Shown: positions 1-11,365 of the stretch, in pieces
Position numbering within the stretch: position 1 is the first letter of the stretch
How the letters are laid out: each line of letters begins with the position of its first letter
DNA from: Pocillopora verrucosa
Taxonomy: Eukaryota
DNA length: 64,000 nt
NCBI RefSeq assembly: GCF_036669915.1
Contig: NC_089312.1
Coordinates: 315,991 to 379,990 of the forward strand
Reading direction: 5' to 3'
The notes under the pieces: model-generated
Told to the model about the DNA's origin: nothing
Databases searched by the model: none
What the model saw: only the letters and a program-made list of their open reading frames with translations
Position numbers and translations under genes: made by a program

Positions 1-3000
1 ATGACTACCACAGTGGCAACACACATGGTCAATGACATCACAGCTAAATGTCTCACTGCCAACCATTGTTCCGCCGCTGACCGCATGCATACTGCCGTCA
101 TGTGCTGATTTTGCAATCTGGATAATCAGAAAGTTTTACGAGTTAGCAATACGGCACACGGTACGATCGCAAACCTCTTGGAGATCTGTGAAAATGCGTC
201 GAGATATCCAGAAGAAAATGGGACGGTCCACGCCCGACAAGAGGCCTAATTTCGAGGAAACGAGGCGCGGAGAGAACAGGAGTGCGAGACAATGGGACTT
301 CACTGTACGGATTTGTTTAAAAGAAACATGCTGGGTGGGGGTCTTATGATTTTGGTTTTGTTACGATAAAATTTATCTGATCCTCCCCTAAGGTTCTGTA
401 GTATTTTAATGACGGCAGTCAATTTTTTCTTCTCCCCTGTTCACACTCTGTTAGTGACGACCGATTCTACCCTCCGTCCCCCCCTGAAAGCCATGTGATC
501 TCCCCGCAAATCCTCCGACCTCCCTTCCCCTCCCTAGGCAATAATCCATTACTGTTCCCTGACTGAAACGTTTGTCCGACTGAAGTAAAATGAATTCCGA
601 AATGATAGACAGGATATCCTCAATTACATGGAGGTAGGTCGTGACATCAATAACAAAACTTACCTGAAAAACTCTTTCATGAAGTAGCTTTCCTTTTGAG
701 AGGCTCGAATGGTGACCGCACCCATCATAGTATCCGAAAAATATATCATCAGGGGCGTTAAGGTGTTGTTTTCATTATCTCTGGCCTGTCGCTCCAACCA
801 GAGATATTTTTTCCCAACCACAAATGAGATAAGAGATGCGGGTATGAAAGCAAACACCGTCCACGGAGCTACTAGCGTGATCATAACAGCCACTGCAGCA
901 TGTTCTACCACCGACTGTGCCAACTGCAGAATGTCGGAGGGGAGCTTCTCGTCCAAACATTCTACATCTTTAGAAAATACTCTTAGGAAAGCATCCTTCT
1001 CTTCGTTTTCAAAATGTTGGACTGATGTCTTAAGCAGTGTAGAAATAGCTCTGTCGTGGATGCGCATGGACGATCGAAGGCCACACAAGAGCAGAAACAG
1101 AGCTCTAAGAAGAAGCAGTATGACATAGGCTCCCACAACTATTGCAGACAAACTGAAGTGGTGGTAGTGGTAATCACGAGATAGATCTGCAATTCGTGCA
1201 AACCATATTCCAAGACCTGCGAGGACGACTGAAAGAGGAAAACAACGTTATCGAATACAGCTTTCAGCATATAAATATTGTGGATTATTTATCATTTTAA
1301 GGTAGGGTTCGAAGCAGATATTTCTGAATAGACATTCCTTACCTCCTGGAGTTAATGTTAACAGGAAACCTACAACTGACAGTGATGGAAGCCATCCTGT
1401 TTGCCTCGCATATCTCAGATAGATAGAAAATCCTTCAGCATCTCGATCAGTGATATTTTTGACGCTTGGTTCCCTCAAACTCGCGGAAAGGATTCCACCA
1501 GACAAGGATTGTTGGACCACTCCACTGTTTTCTCTCTCATGGATAGTGTCTGTCCTCAGCCACGTGAGATTTTCACCAGACTCCCGAATGTTATCGAGTG
1601 ATCCCTCTCTGATAATAAGGCCATCAACCATCAGCAACACACGTGGACACCTCTCGAGGAAACTTGCTCTACCCGTCACCACGACACGCAGACGAGACGA
1701 GAGAAAACTTAGGATGCAATCATCGAAGACCTGATTGGCTACTGAGATGCTTACGTGACTAAGAGGATTATCCATTAGGACGATGGACGCTGATGAGTAA
1801 GATGCGCGTGCTACGTTTATGAGTTCCTGCTGACTAAGTGCTAGTTTGTAACCACCATGGCCAATTTTAGTCATATCACCATCCGGTAAACACTGCATGG
1901 CTTCATTCAGTTTACAAGCTCTTAAAACAGCTGAATAGCTTTCTTTGATGTAAGGTTCCCCGAAAACAATGTTTTCCCGAACAGTTCCTGAAAATATCCA
2001 TGGCTTTTGGCCAACGTAGGCGAGGTCACCATGTTGGACTATACGCCCCCTTGAAAGTGGAACTTCTTTCAGTATAGCCTCACAGAACAGTGAAGTAACG
2101 GCCCCTTCCTTAGGGGGCCCTGTGAGTGCGACAAGTTGTGCACCTTCGCAGTTAAAAGTGACGAAGTTTAGATCAATATCCACCAACTCACATTCGCGTT
2201 CGCAGCAAACTCCAATCAAAGAAAGACTCGGAGGTTTGTCGGAGGGAGGGACCTCACTCGTACGACTTGCTACGTTTTCGTAAAACGATGACAACGGAAA
2301 GTCTATTAGGAGAAAACTCTCTATTCTATCGAGCAGGCCAAGTGTTCTTACAAGGACATCTGTTCCTCTGGCAAAAGATTCACCGCATGAAGACTCGAGT
2401 ATGTACATTACTAATATGATCAAGAATACGTTCTCGTGGGTGAGTTCTTTTCCACTCATCATTAATGTTACTATGGAAACTAAAGAGGCTATGATGGGAA
2501 CGGCTTGTTGAACGGATACAAATGCACCAAGAGCCAGCGTTTTATTCCTGATGAAAGGCAGCTCTTTCCTGGAAAGAAAAACACGTATATTAAGAATAAA
2601 ATTAAGAAAACAAGTAAGTAAGGAGGATCTGTTCGGTTGCTTAATTAGCTTTTGCCTGTGGACTCAACATGTCACTGAGACATTAACAGTTTGCCTTACC
2701 GATTGACTGACCAGAGGCTGGTTGACAGATAACTCAGTTTAAAAGTTACCGGATTGGTTGACTTAATGACCGACTCATTTACTGACTGACTGACTGATCA
2801 ATTGACTGAATGACTGACTGACTTACTGCCTGACTGATAGACTTACTGACTGACGAAGATACTGACTGACGAAGATACTGACTGACTGACATGCTGACTG
2901 ACTGACTGACCATCCGACTAATTGTAAATGGAAAGTATCCGTGACACAAACCTGCGACTATTCCCGAGCAGTTTCTCAAACACTTCTTCCCACACGTTCA

Positions 3001-4092
3001 TTTTTATAACTCTTATACCACAAATAACCTCGCTCAACAGGGCGATCCGCTGGTCACTGAAAAACGCAGTGCCGAGGTGCATTTTTTTGTACACTTTCCC
3101 CACCCCACAGCGTAAAAATGTACAGAACATGATGTAGGAAACTCCCAACAGAACCTCCCAGCCAACCATCACAAGCAATAACAAGACATAATCAGTAGCT
3201 CGACAGGCGCGGTGAAGAGGAATGGTACCGAATAGACACATGAACCAATAGAATCCAAATCTTTGGATATCAAGTTAACCACGTGACTACTCGTATAATG
3301 AACAAGAGAAGTTTTCTTGAGGCGCATAACCTGAAAAGCAAAGTTGTAGTTAGTTTAGAATCTTTCAGGTCTTGATTTGATCTATTATCAAAATGGATAC
3401 AAAATGATCAGTTAAAAAGTATACCGATCTTTCTACCGATTCACCGAGTGAACACATCCGGAGAGTAAGAGGAAGAAAGAAAAGTTTATAAATCAGAAGC
3501 ATTCGCGTGTTTGTATAAGGATTACCTTATCAAATACCAAACCATCCAGACCAGATTTTACCGACCCACTTGTCATTTCAGCAGAGTAAGAGTAATGACT
3601 CCGCACCAGACCCTCAACCGAGACAGACAGCCATAGCCAGTGAGTGCGGCCCAATACCACGGTACAGGCGAAACGAACAATGGGTCTGAGGTGAACACAA
3701 ACGAGAACATGGTTGGTTGTAGAATACGTGCACAAAGAATGGAGATCTGAAGCAAGAACAGTTGAGTGAAACCCTCAATTTTCAGAAAAGAGAGGACGAC
3801 TTTCCACAAACGAGGCGCTTTGTCCCGCGCTTGTGCTGATCGCGCGTGTTTCATCCATATGTCACGCAGGTCTCTCCAGTTCCAGAAAGTCGAGCGTTGC
3901 CCGGGAACGAGCCTATCAACTGATTCCTGGGCACTATTCAATCTTCCCAGTACCCAGCTGAACGTCACACGTGACCAAAATGATAGTTCTTCTGGGGCAT
4001 CTTTCTTGTTTCCCTGTGGTACCTCCATAGGGACCTTGTTATAAGAGTACTGAGGTGTGGCATTGAACATAGCGCCTTTTTTAACATCGGAA
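1..4092 (-). CDS. ABCC (MRP)-type ABC transporter gene, short ABCC4/MRP4-like architecture (no TMD0); gene-level span, partial (3' part continues beyond window start)
   Basis: Minus-strand ORF segments align in order with TMD1 (3525-4070, 2952-3260), NBD1 (1343-2568) and start of TMD2 (664-1228) of ABCC4/MRP1. Examples: LSFWSRVTFSW~FLSRITFWW; EVICGIRVIKMNVWE~[36 protein letters not shown]~[33 protein letters not shown]~SKDIGHLDDLLP. GT-AG introns are phase-consistent from the 2952 exon onward. Confidence 0.88.
664..1228 (-). CDS. ABCC TMD2 exon (TM7-TM9 region); acceptor CTCTTTCAG at 1229-1237, donor TTCAG|GTAAGT at 663
   Basis: VLAGLGIWFARIA...[52 protein letters not shown]...TIRASQKESYFMKEF aligns with ABCC4 TMD2. 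In-frame junction with the NBD1 exon (G + TC = Val). Confidence 0.8.
1343..2568 (-). CDS. ABCC exon encoding TM6 + complete NBD1 + linker + TM7 start (1226 nt, single exon). NBD1 motifs are degenerate.
   Basis: Acceptor TTTTCTTTCCAG at 2569-2580 (minus), donor GGAG|GTAAGG at 1342. Walker A reads GPPKEGAVTSL (canonical GPVGAGKSSL). Signature reads LSQQELINVARA (canonical LSGGQKARVNLARA). Walker B reads IVLMDNPLSHVS (canonical IYLLDDPLSAVD). H-loop reads VVVTGRASF (canonical ILVTHQLQY). Q-loop AYVGQ is retained. Confidence 0.85.
2745..2925. repeat. (TGAC)n-based imperfect microsatellite in ABCC intron
   Basis: tgactgactgactg... runs with TGAT/TTAC variants. The ORF translating it (SVSQSVSQ...) is a repeat artefact. 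Confidence 0.9.
2952..3260 (-). CDS. ABCC TMD1 exon (TM3-TM5 region); donor CGCAG|GTTTGT at 2952; 5' boundary uncertain (phase conflict with upstream exon)
   Basis: LRCGVGKVYKKMHLGTAFFSDQRIALLSEVICGIRVIKMNVWEEVFEKLLGNSR aligns to ABCC4 [54 protein letters not shown]. Confidence 0.7.
3525..4070 (-). CDS. ABCC first coding exon (TMD1 N-terminal part). ATG at 4068-4070 (MFNATPQY...), acceptor CCAG at 4093-4096 implies an upstream 5'UTR exon. Frame discontinuity near 3590-3610.
   Basis: Two overlapping ORFs (3573-4163 and 3493-3735) each match consecutive parts of ABCC4 TM1-TM2/ICL1 (GCLSRLRV~GMRLRV, then TSGSVKSGLDGLVFDK~TTGQIVNLLSNDVNKFDQ) but in different frames. Donor GATAAG|GTAATC at 3525. 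Confidence 0.6.
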
Positions 4093-4557
4093 TCTGGAAA
4101 AAAAATCCCATTAAGAGCTCGTTGGTATAACCAAAACAATGATTTGATTTTTAGTACTTTCAATTAGGCGAAGAGCTTATAATTCACAAAAGAAAATCCT
4201 TCGATCAATCAACATATGAGACAAGACTGACGAAGCGGCATGAATTTTCAATACAATAAAGGAGTAAACTTCTAAAGAAACTGTGTTGCTGCGTCGGTGG
4301 GAGAGTATAAAAAGGTTATTTGGTATTATCAAACGAGCTAATAACGTAAGGTGGCCACCTCAAAGGGTTTCAAAGCAGACATTTCTGTGTTAGCCCTTCG
4401 TCAGAGCGAATCATTCGCCAATTTACGTTACCAACTAAGTTGGTAACAGCACATTACCTTGCTTCAGACTCCATTGTCATAACAATGCATGGTGCTATGG
4501 TCTGCTGATCAAAAACAACAATGCTTTTTTTTCCAAGATCAATCTTCGAAGATCTAC

Positions 4558-4563
4558 CCTATA

Positions 4564-4595
<32 letters not shown>

Positions 4596-4600
4596 CACAA
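4558..4600. repeat. (TA)n/(TATG) microsatellite
   Basis: ctatatatatgtatatatatatatatatatatatac. Confidence 0.9.
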
Positions 4601-5165
4601 ATTTAGAAGAGAAATCCATTTTCTCACTTTTAATTAATAGAAGACCGATAATAAATGACTATCCGACAGCCGCGAGGAAAAATTCCTGATGTTTGACTTA
4701 ACTTATGGCTTGTCGTTAGACAAATGGACCATGACAAAAACTGTAGATTCTTCGTTTATGTAAATTCTTCTGTAAAGGAGCAACATGATTAGTCCCACTC
4801 TATCTTTTCCAGTATAGCAAAGAAAGAGAGGTTTCAAGGTTGCAAAGAGAATGCAGAAACATTTGCTATTAAAACGGTAAAAATCTAATGATTGTATTCT
4901 AAGCGTTTTAAGTTAAACGTCGCTGAAAGTGGTATGTGTGTCGATGACCTTGCAGTCGGGAGAAAAATTTTGCCATCTTAAAATGTTGATGCTAGATATT
5001 GATGGCGGTTTGAAGCTTACCCAGTGCACTAAATCGCTGGAAGTTTTGAACGAAATTTTTGTTTCATGCGATTTTTAGAGTGAAATTTTTGCCTTTTAGT
5101 TCTAAGCTTTTCATTGTTGGGGATAAAATGAAGACGCATTTATAAGTCATAGGGAACTAAATTAC

Positions 5166-5425
5166 CTCAGAGATGAATTCCAATGGGGTCAAGTCTAGTC
5201 CATCGTGGTACTCAAAAAGGTATTTCTGATCAGTGTATTTGTTAGGATGACAACTGCGATAGCGTCCAGTACTCAAAACTAAGAGGTTCTCTAAAAAATC
5301 TTCACACGCTTCAGTCCTGCACGAAACATGACAAAGAGAATAACTTGGAAATCCCTCGGGTAACCTTCTAAGCTTTTCGCTCAATTGGCATGGTCCATCT
5401 GGCTTCTGTGAGCTCTTCAGTTGGC
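5166..5425 (-). CDS. Isolated coding-like exon of unknown identity (possibly a 5' exon upstream of ABCC or a separate gene)
   Basis: Open frame LSGQLKSSQKPDGPCQLSEKLRRLPEGFPSYSLCHVSCRTEACEDFLENLLVLSTGRYRSCHPNKYTDQKYLFEYHDGLDLTPLEFISE, ending at a strong donor TCTGAG|GTAATT. No family recognised. Confidence 0.3.
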
Positions 5426-7094
5426 CACTCAGTTAAAAAGGACTGATTAAAAGAGACGGATTGCAAATACGCTTAAATAGTTTGGCAGACAAAGATGCTT
5501 TCTAAAAGTTTTGTTTAATCATCGCAAAGTCTGTGGGGTTTTGCAGAATTTGCTGAAGGTTAATTACAATTCAAGCTGTCAGCTCAATATAATAGCTGTA
5601 GAATAGGACGCTGCATTTCCCTTTTAGTCAATGCGTCAATTGTGTTGGGTTTGTACTACCTGTAAGAATGCTCTCCGCCTGGGAAATGGTAAGTAAGAAG
5701 TTGATAAACTCTTCTACGGTAAGCTTTACCTTCCCCCTGCGATCAGCTACAAATTCCTGCGCCCACTCTCCGATTCACCTCATTTTTTAATATTATCCCC
5801 AACCCCACCTTCCGTTACGTCACCTGCGCTAGTTAAGCCATTTTAAAGAGCGCGTTACTCAATTTTTGTTTAAAAATCCCCACCAAAGTTTGTTCTTTCC
5901 TCTCTCTCTCACCGCGTGCACCTCGGAGCTCATTTTTAAGGTCTCACAAGACGCGCAAATCTTTCTCGGGGAAGGCGGGGGAAAGGCTGGATCAACCTGC
6001 CATTACCTGTTTTTTTGGCACATGCGAAAGACCGATCCGATTTGAACAATAAATTACTTCTACATAAAATATAACCCTCAATTTTTAAGGAATGAAGGTG
6101 GTTTTAAATTTCTGCCGGGAATGATACAGTTAAATGTTTAACACCTTGGAAAAAACATGTATATGAAAAATTCCAATAATTAAACAATACATAGAAGTTA
6201 AAAAAAAAACTATCCCTTTGCGAAGAATTTAAAAAGGACCTCAACGATGGTTGCATGTTTTAGACTGCATTTAATACAGCGATGAAATCTACAGTTATAA
6301 AATAAACCCCTCAAACAACACTGAATTACATGTATTTCAATCAGATATTCCTAAAACCTGCAAGGAATAAAAAAATTAACTAATCTCACATTAAACTGTA
6401 ATAATTTTCAACCATACAGATCATATTCCATACTTGTATCAATTTCATAATTTTATCAGACAAATGGAACTAAAACAATTTGTAAAATTATGCAAAAAAA
6501 GTAATTATGATTTGGTAGGAAGTTCATTTCCTGCATATTACTGCATCCAATTTCCCAATTCACATCATAAATTAATCAAGACCGCTCTTTGATATTGCCT
6601 AGGAAATCACTGTGTAATAACTAATAAATAATTAAAAATTCCTATAATTCCATGCATTTAAACAATTATTGATAACATCAAGCTTTGAGTTTCCATTAAG
6701 ATTTTCTTCATAAAAATGCATGGATTTACCATAATTAACATGCTATAACAGAAAGCCCCCTTAGTGCCATATTGTTACAGTTAAAATGTAATGTAATACA
6801 AAATGTTTGCACAAAACATTTTAAGGATTCCAGAAGGATCACTATGAGTATTACCTGGTAAAGCAATTATGAAAAAAGTAACAAAAATTATTTTCCATTT
6901 TGGATCCAAATGGCATTTTCAAATTTGTGGATCATTTTTGGAACAACTAAGTGTGTCCTTTTTGTTGGTAAATACGACTTTTTTTTTCATTCTTACAATT
7001 ACATCAACCACTGATATTAGTGTTAGTATTAAAATGATAATATGAATGAGTGATATCTAAAATGTATGTATTAACTAACAGGCTATTGAAGTTC

Positions 7095-9297
7095 TTAGCA
7101 CTGATCAGCTTTCTGGGACAAAACCAAACACTTCAACTCTGGCACAAAGGAAATCTTGGGTCTCAGGAGTTGTTCATTGCCAAATGTCTCAGTTGGACCA
7201 CTGTGTCCCCGACAAAGCTCATTATCTAACCATATGGCATTATCACCCCTGAAAAATAACAGTGCTTGGTTTAAGGTTATAAAAAGAAACAACAAACAAA
7301 CCAACAAGAAAATTCAGTCTGGTATATCAGACAAGCACCACATAATTTTTCTACATCTGCTTTAAACTCTTTGCCCATACCACTTTAGCTGACTTACCCG
7401 TCCCTAGTCCTAAAACAATTGTCATTACTCACCCTCCCCCAATCATGAGAAACATTTGTCATCTCCAGCCAATAAACAAATCCTTGGTACCTGGGCCCTC
7501 CTTCTGTAGTCCTGTCCATAAATATCTAACAGAGCCTGGGACTCTCCCAGGCCTAAAGACAAAACTTTCCCCAGTAACCAAAATATGATAAGAGTTTCTG
7601 GGGCCCCTGTGGTTCTCTCACTCACATCTGGATGTGACCAACAACCTCCAATGATCTGTGGCTGATAATAAAACACAAATTAATAATAAGCCCAATTGAC
7701 ATCAAGAGAATGTTTGATCTGCTACAGAAACCACATAAATGCCTTCAGAAAGGATTCCATTTCACAGGTAGAAATAAATCTGTAATTGGCTCCGGATGAT
7801 TTAGGCCATTAAAATGAAGGCATCACAGGAGGCATTATAGCCCAAAGAACAATAAAGTGATCCAGATTTATGCACTTTTCATCACAGTTGATGATTTAAC
7901 ACAAAACTTGACATCTCACCTCACCAACAGATGATTTGACTAGAAGAACTGTCTCGTCATCACCTTCACACTTGTTGTATAAAGTTCTTATACTGAAATA
8001 AAATAAAACTCTAATTCACAAATTCAATACCTAAAGAGAGGAGGAATCTTTTGAAATATATCACCTAAAAATTGACAGAAAATAATCTTCATTAAACTCT
8101 GTATAAGTTAATCTGTGCCTATGACTCCTATATACAACAAAAGAGTTCAGCTTTATGGTATTACACAATACCTGCATCCATCAGTGTCTGTGGTGAACAA
8201 GCAAATAGGTCTCTTAATGCGTAACCTGTCTGGTAGCCATGATGACAGTAACTCCCACTGTAAACAAACAGATTAAAGGAATAAGAAATCTTTACCCAGA
8301 GAGCCCTGAGGGTTTTCAGGAGGTCCTAAAGAGGAAAAATTAGATATTAGTCACTTTTAACATATAAAGGGTTAATTAGCAGCAATATTAACCTCTTGTA
8401 ATGATAGCAAGTTGGAACCTTTAACTGCAAACACAGTCAGGGTCTGAACTGGTGCCCAGGTCTGCTGAGGAACATCCAACAATCTGTTCTCCAATAAAGT
8501 TATATTTTTACTTTTCAGTCTTTCCAGCTGTTTCCTTGAGAGACCTCGAATTCTGAAAGCTGCCTGTAAAAAGACAAAAAAGACAATAAGAAATAAAATT
8601 GGGTGAGTAAAAACAAACATTCAAGCTTAGAGAGATAACAGTATCATTTTGGACAGCTCAAGAGAAGGTTGTCCTGAGCTGTCCACTTCTCCATACAAAA
8701 TCACTAACCTGAAGAAGCTTGTATCCCCTCAAAGGCATAAGTGATGCAAACTGTTTAAACAGATCCTCTAGGTTTCCATTTTCTGATACTTCTGCTTTAA
8801 AATGAAAAAGATCTGATCCATTGCAAAGCCATAACTCTAACAACACCCAGCACTTTTTGTGCAATGATTAACTACAAAAGGGCAATGAATATCTCATTAA
8901 AAAATCCTCATACCTTTATTAATTTGCATCAATATAATCAATAACTCAAAGTACCTTCTTGTTCAATAAACTTTGCAAACTGACTGAATACAATCAAACC
9001 AACACGCACAAAAACTTTGGGTCCTTGGACAACAAAACTATCAACAATGTAGACCTAAAAAAAGACAAAAAAAATTACACTGAACTAAGTGCTCATAAAA
9101 AGACAAATTATTTTATTTAAACTTATTGATGTCATGCAGAAACTTTGACAAAAACAAAACCCTGCACCTACCAGTGTCCAAAAATCAATGTAATGGAACA
9201 TCCAGATAAGCCAATCAGGAATAAGAATAGTGTTTTTACGCAACTGTTCTCCCTTTGCTGTTTCAATAAATTCCTTGATCTGTTTGTAAGATGGCAT
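7095..9297 (-). CDS. Multi-exon gene of unknown identity (gene-level span; exons approx 9170-9297, 8658-8864, 8372-8620, 8170-8268, 7925-7990, 7443-7676, 7095-7307)
   Basis: Minus-strand ORF blocks flanked by good acceptors/donors (e.g. ACACAG|ATGCC at 9298, CTG|GTAGGT near 9170, GGTGAG|GTGAGA near 7925). Peptides include WELLSSWLPDRLRIKRPICLFTTDTDGC, IIGGCWSHPDVSERTTGAPETLIIFWLLGKV and RGDNAIWLDNELCRGHSGPTETFGNEQLL. It could be the continuation of the TBC gene or a separate gene; the family is not recognised. Confidence 0.4.
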
Positions 9298-10051
9298 CTG
9301 TGTTCATAGAATCAACAACAAAAAAAAAAAACAGGAACAATCACAAATTGTTATGTAGTAGTTTAAACTAGAATTATTTCAAACTGATTTGATTTTTTTT
9401 CCTTTGTTTAAGGATTATTGTAATGTATATGAAGCAAAGGAAAAGACTAGGACAGCATTTCTCCCTATAATATTAATACTATATCAAGCAGACAAGTAAT
9501 GAGAATAATGAAAAATATCAATTAAGGGATTATTAGTTGATTCAATACCAAATTCTCCCACCCTAAATCATAAGAATTGTATGGCAGACAGTAAGGAGTA
9601 TCACTAATGAGATCTTGGGAGAGAAAGGGTTAAAAACAATTCAATCTAAACTTCATTTTAAACTATTCATTTTCAACCCTAGGCAATACACAAACAGTAC
9701 CATTAACCCTTCAACCCCTAAGAGTGACTAGCATCTAATTTCTCCCAACAATATCACCACTAAATCACACATTAATGTCATGAGAATAATGGAAATGATC
9801 ACCAACTAAAGAAACTCTTGATTGCTAGAGAAATTCTCCTTGTCAGCATATTAGTAAATGTGCAGAGAACAGTGTGGAGAATATGCATACTGGTGTTAGG
9901 GTGTGAAGGGCTAAAACCATATAAAAATCTAAAGAAAATAATTTGTACCAATCTCAACACAAAATTTTTCACATAGTTTTCAAATATTTAAAAAATCATC
10001 CAATGGCCTGGTGCAAAAGTTTTAGCAATACCCATTGACAAATCAACTTAC

Positions 10052-10365
10052 AAAATAAGACTTCAAAGAATCTTGAAATGTCTTTGCCATCACAGCAAAG
10101 GCCCTCTGACTTTGGTCCAACATAGAGCGGTGAGAATTCACTAAAGCAGACATACAAGTATAACAAAGATTTTCCTCCATGAAATGAAGGAAAAGAGATG
10201 TTAATGGTGGAACCAAAGGAGCAAATTGGATATCAGGGTGCATGTGAGACAAGATATAAAGGACTTTTAGACAGGTCTTCTCTCCATCTGGTGATAATAG
10301 GTATGAAGGAACATTTCTGTTGCCACTAAAAATTGTTGAAGGTATACTGGAGGGTACTTGAATAC
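10052..10365 (-). CDS. TBC1D20: TBC1D20-like RabGAP, C-terminal TBC-domain exon (acceptor TTTTGCAG at 10366-10373, donor TTT|GTAAGT at 10051)
   Basis: ...STIFSGNRNVPSYLLSPDGEKTCLKVLYILSHMHPDIQFAPLVPPLTSLFLHFMEENLCYTCMSALVNSHRSMLDQSQ aligns with TBC1D20 GTIFALSW...HVLSDFRHVVRLYDFFLACHPLMPIYFAAVIVLYREQEVLDCDCDMASVHHLLSQ. Phase matches exon 1 (G + GT = Gly). Confidence 0.55.
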
Positions 10366-10384
10366 CTGCAAAACAGTGGTTACA

Positions 10385-10680
10385 TCATCAATCAATCAGT
10401 CAGTCTCAAGACAATGATCTTAAAGTCACATACAGAGACTTTGCTCCTTATAAAATAATGCTGAAAATGTCATCCTTTTACATTTGGTATGGTTGAGATA
10501 AAGTTTGCAAAGGTAGGTTAACCATACCCTATCCCTATGTCAGTCGGTCAGTCAATCAGCCAGACAGTCAGTCTGTCAGCCAGCCAGACAGTAAGTTAGG
10601 CAGCCAAACAGTCAGGCAGGCAGCCAGACAGACAGTCAGGCAACCTGACAGTCAGCCAGTCAGTCAATGAAACAACCAAA
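10385..10680. repeat. (CAGTCAGC/GACTGAC)-type minisatellite in TBC gene intron
   Basis: cagtcggtcagtcaatcagccagacagtcagtctgtcagccagccagacagtaag..., related to the TGAC repeat at 2745-2925. Confidence 0.85.
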
Positions 10681-10980
10681 ATTTTTGTGTCAGTCAGTAT
10701 ACAAAAGTTCAAACAAAGAAAGTCTTTGTAAGTGAATTTGACAAACATCACAAGTCTCAAGGTTGAAGATATAAAGAAAAAGACCTTGAAATCTACAGAA
10801 AGATCAGTCTTATCTACATGTAGGATGCCTGCTTGCATGCAAGAGGTCAAAATTATGTTTCTCCACTGTGACTCTGAACATGTCTCTGGTTACTGCTGCT
10901 TTTTTTTTTTGTTGATCCTGCCCACAATCATTAATTTTCACTGTAACACAGTAATGTTGAGACAATGACTGATAGCTCAC

Positions 10981-11365
10981 CTATGTCATCAATCATTTCT
11001 TCATAATAGTGAGGAGAGTTAAAAATGATGTCAGCTCCACCGCTAGAATCCTTCCACAGTTCAGATCTGAGTTTGGGAAGGACACCTTGTCTAACTAGTT
11101 TCTTCAACTGCATGGTTTCCTCGTGCTCTGGATGCTGTATCCACATTTGTAAGGCTTCTTTAAATTCATCCTCAGAATATCTTGCTTTTGGTAAGTAGAG
11201 TTTGGAGACAGAAGTTCTCGAATCTTGTCTAGATGTTTTTCTCGATCTTGATAATTTTCTGGATCCTTTGGACGTTTTGGAGTCCTCTCTGTGCAGTTTT
11301 ATATCTGAAGAAGAACTCTCTACCCAGTGCGAGAAGAACGTACCGCTTATCTCGATTAATTCCAT
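10981..11365 (-). CDS. TBC1D20: TBC1D20-like RabGAP, first coding exon (ATG 11363-11365; donor GACATAG|GTGAGC at 10980)
   Basis: ...ETMQLKKLVRQGVLPKLRSELWKDSSG... matches the TBC-domain start (TBC1D20 LRRMAISEGGLLTDEIRRKVWPKLL). The exon ends MIDDIG|, resembling the IxxDxxR arginine-finger context with the Arg expected in the next exon. Confidence 0.6.

Noticed and set aside
709-1734. Plus-strand ORFs (709-1128, 1401-1601, 1450-1734) overlapping the ABCC exons
   Set aside because: They are antisense shadows of the strongly supported minus-strand ABCC exons. Antisense ORFs over cPLA2 exons (43500-43889, 45537-45926) were rejected for the same reason.
2779-2979. 66-aa ORF translating as SVSQSVSQ...
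   Set aside because: It is simply the (TGAC)n microsatellite read in frame, not a gene.
10931-11100. HYYEEMIDD in TBC exon 1 read as the TBC YxQ glutamine-finger motif
   Set aside because: Its position (about 10 residues after the RxxxW motif) and context fit the IxxDxxR arginine-finger region better. There is no Gln, and the exon ends immediately at a consensus donor.
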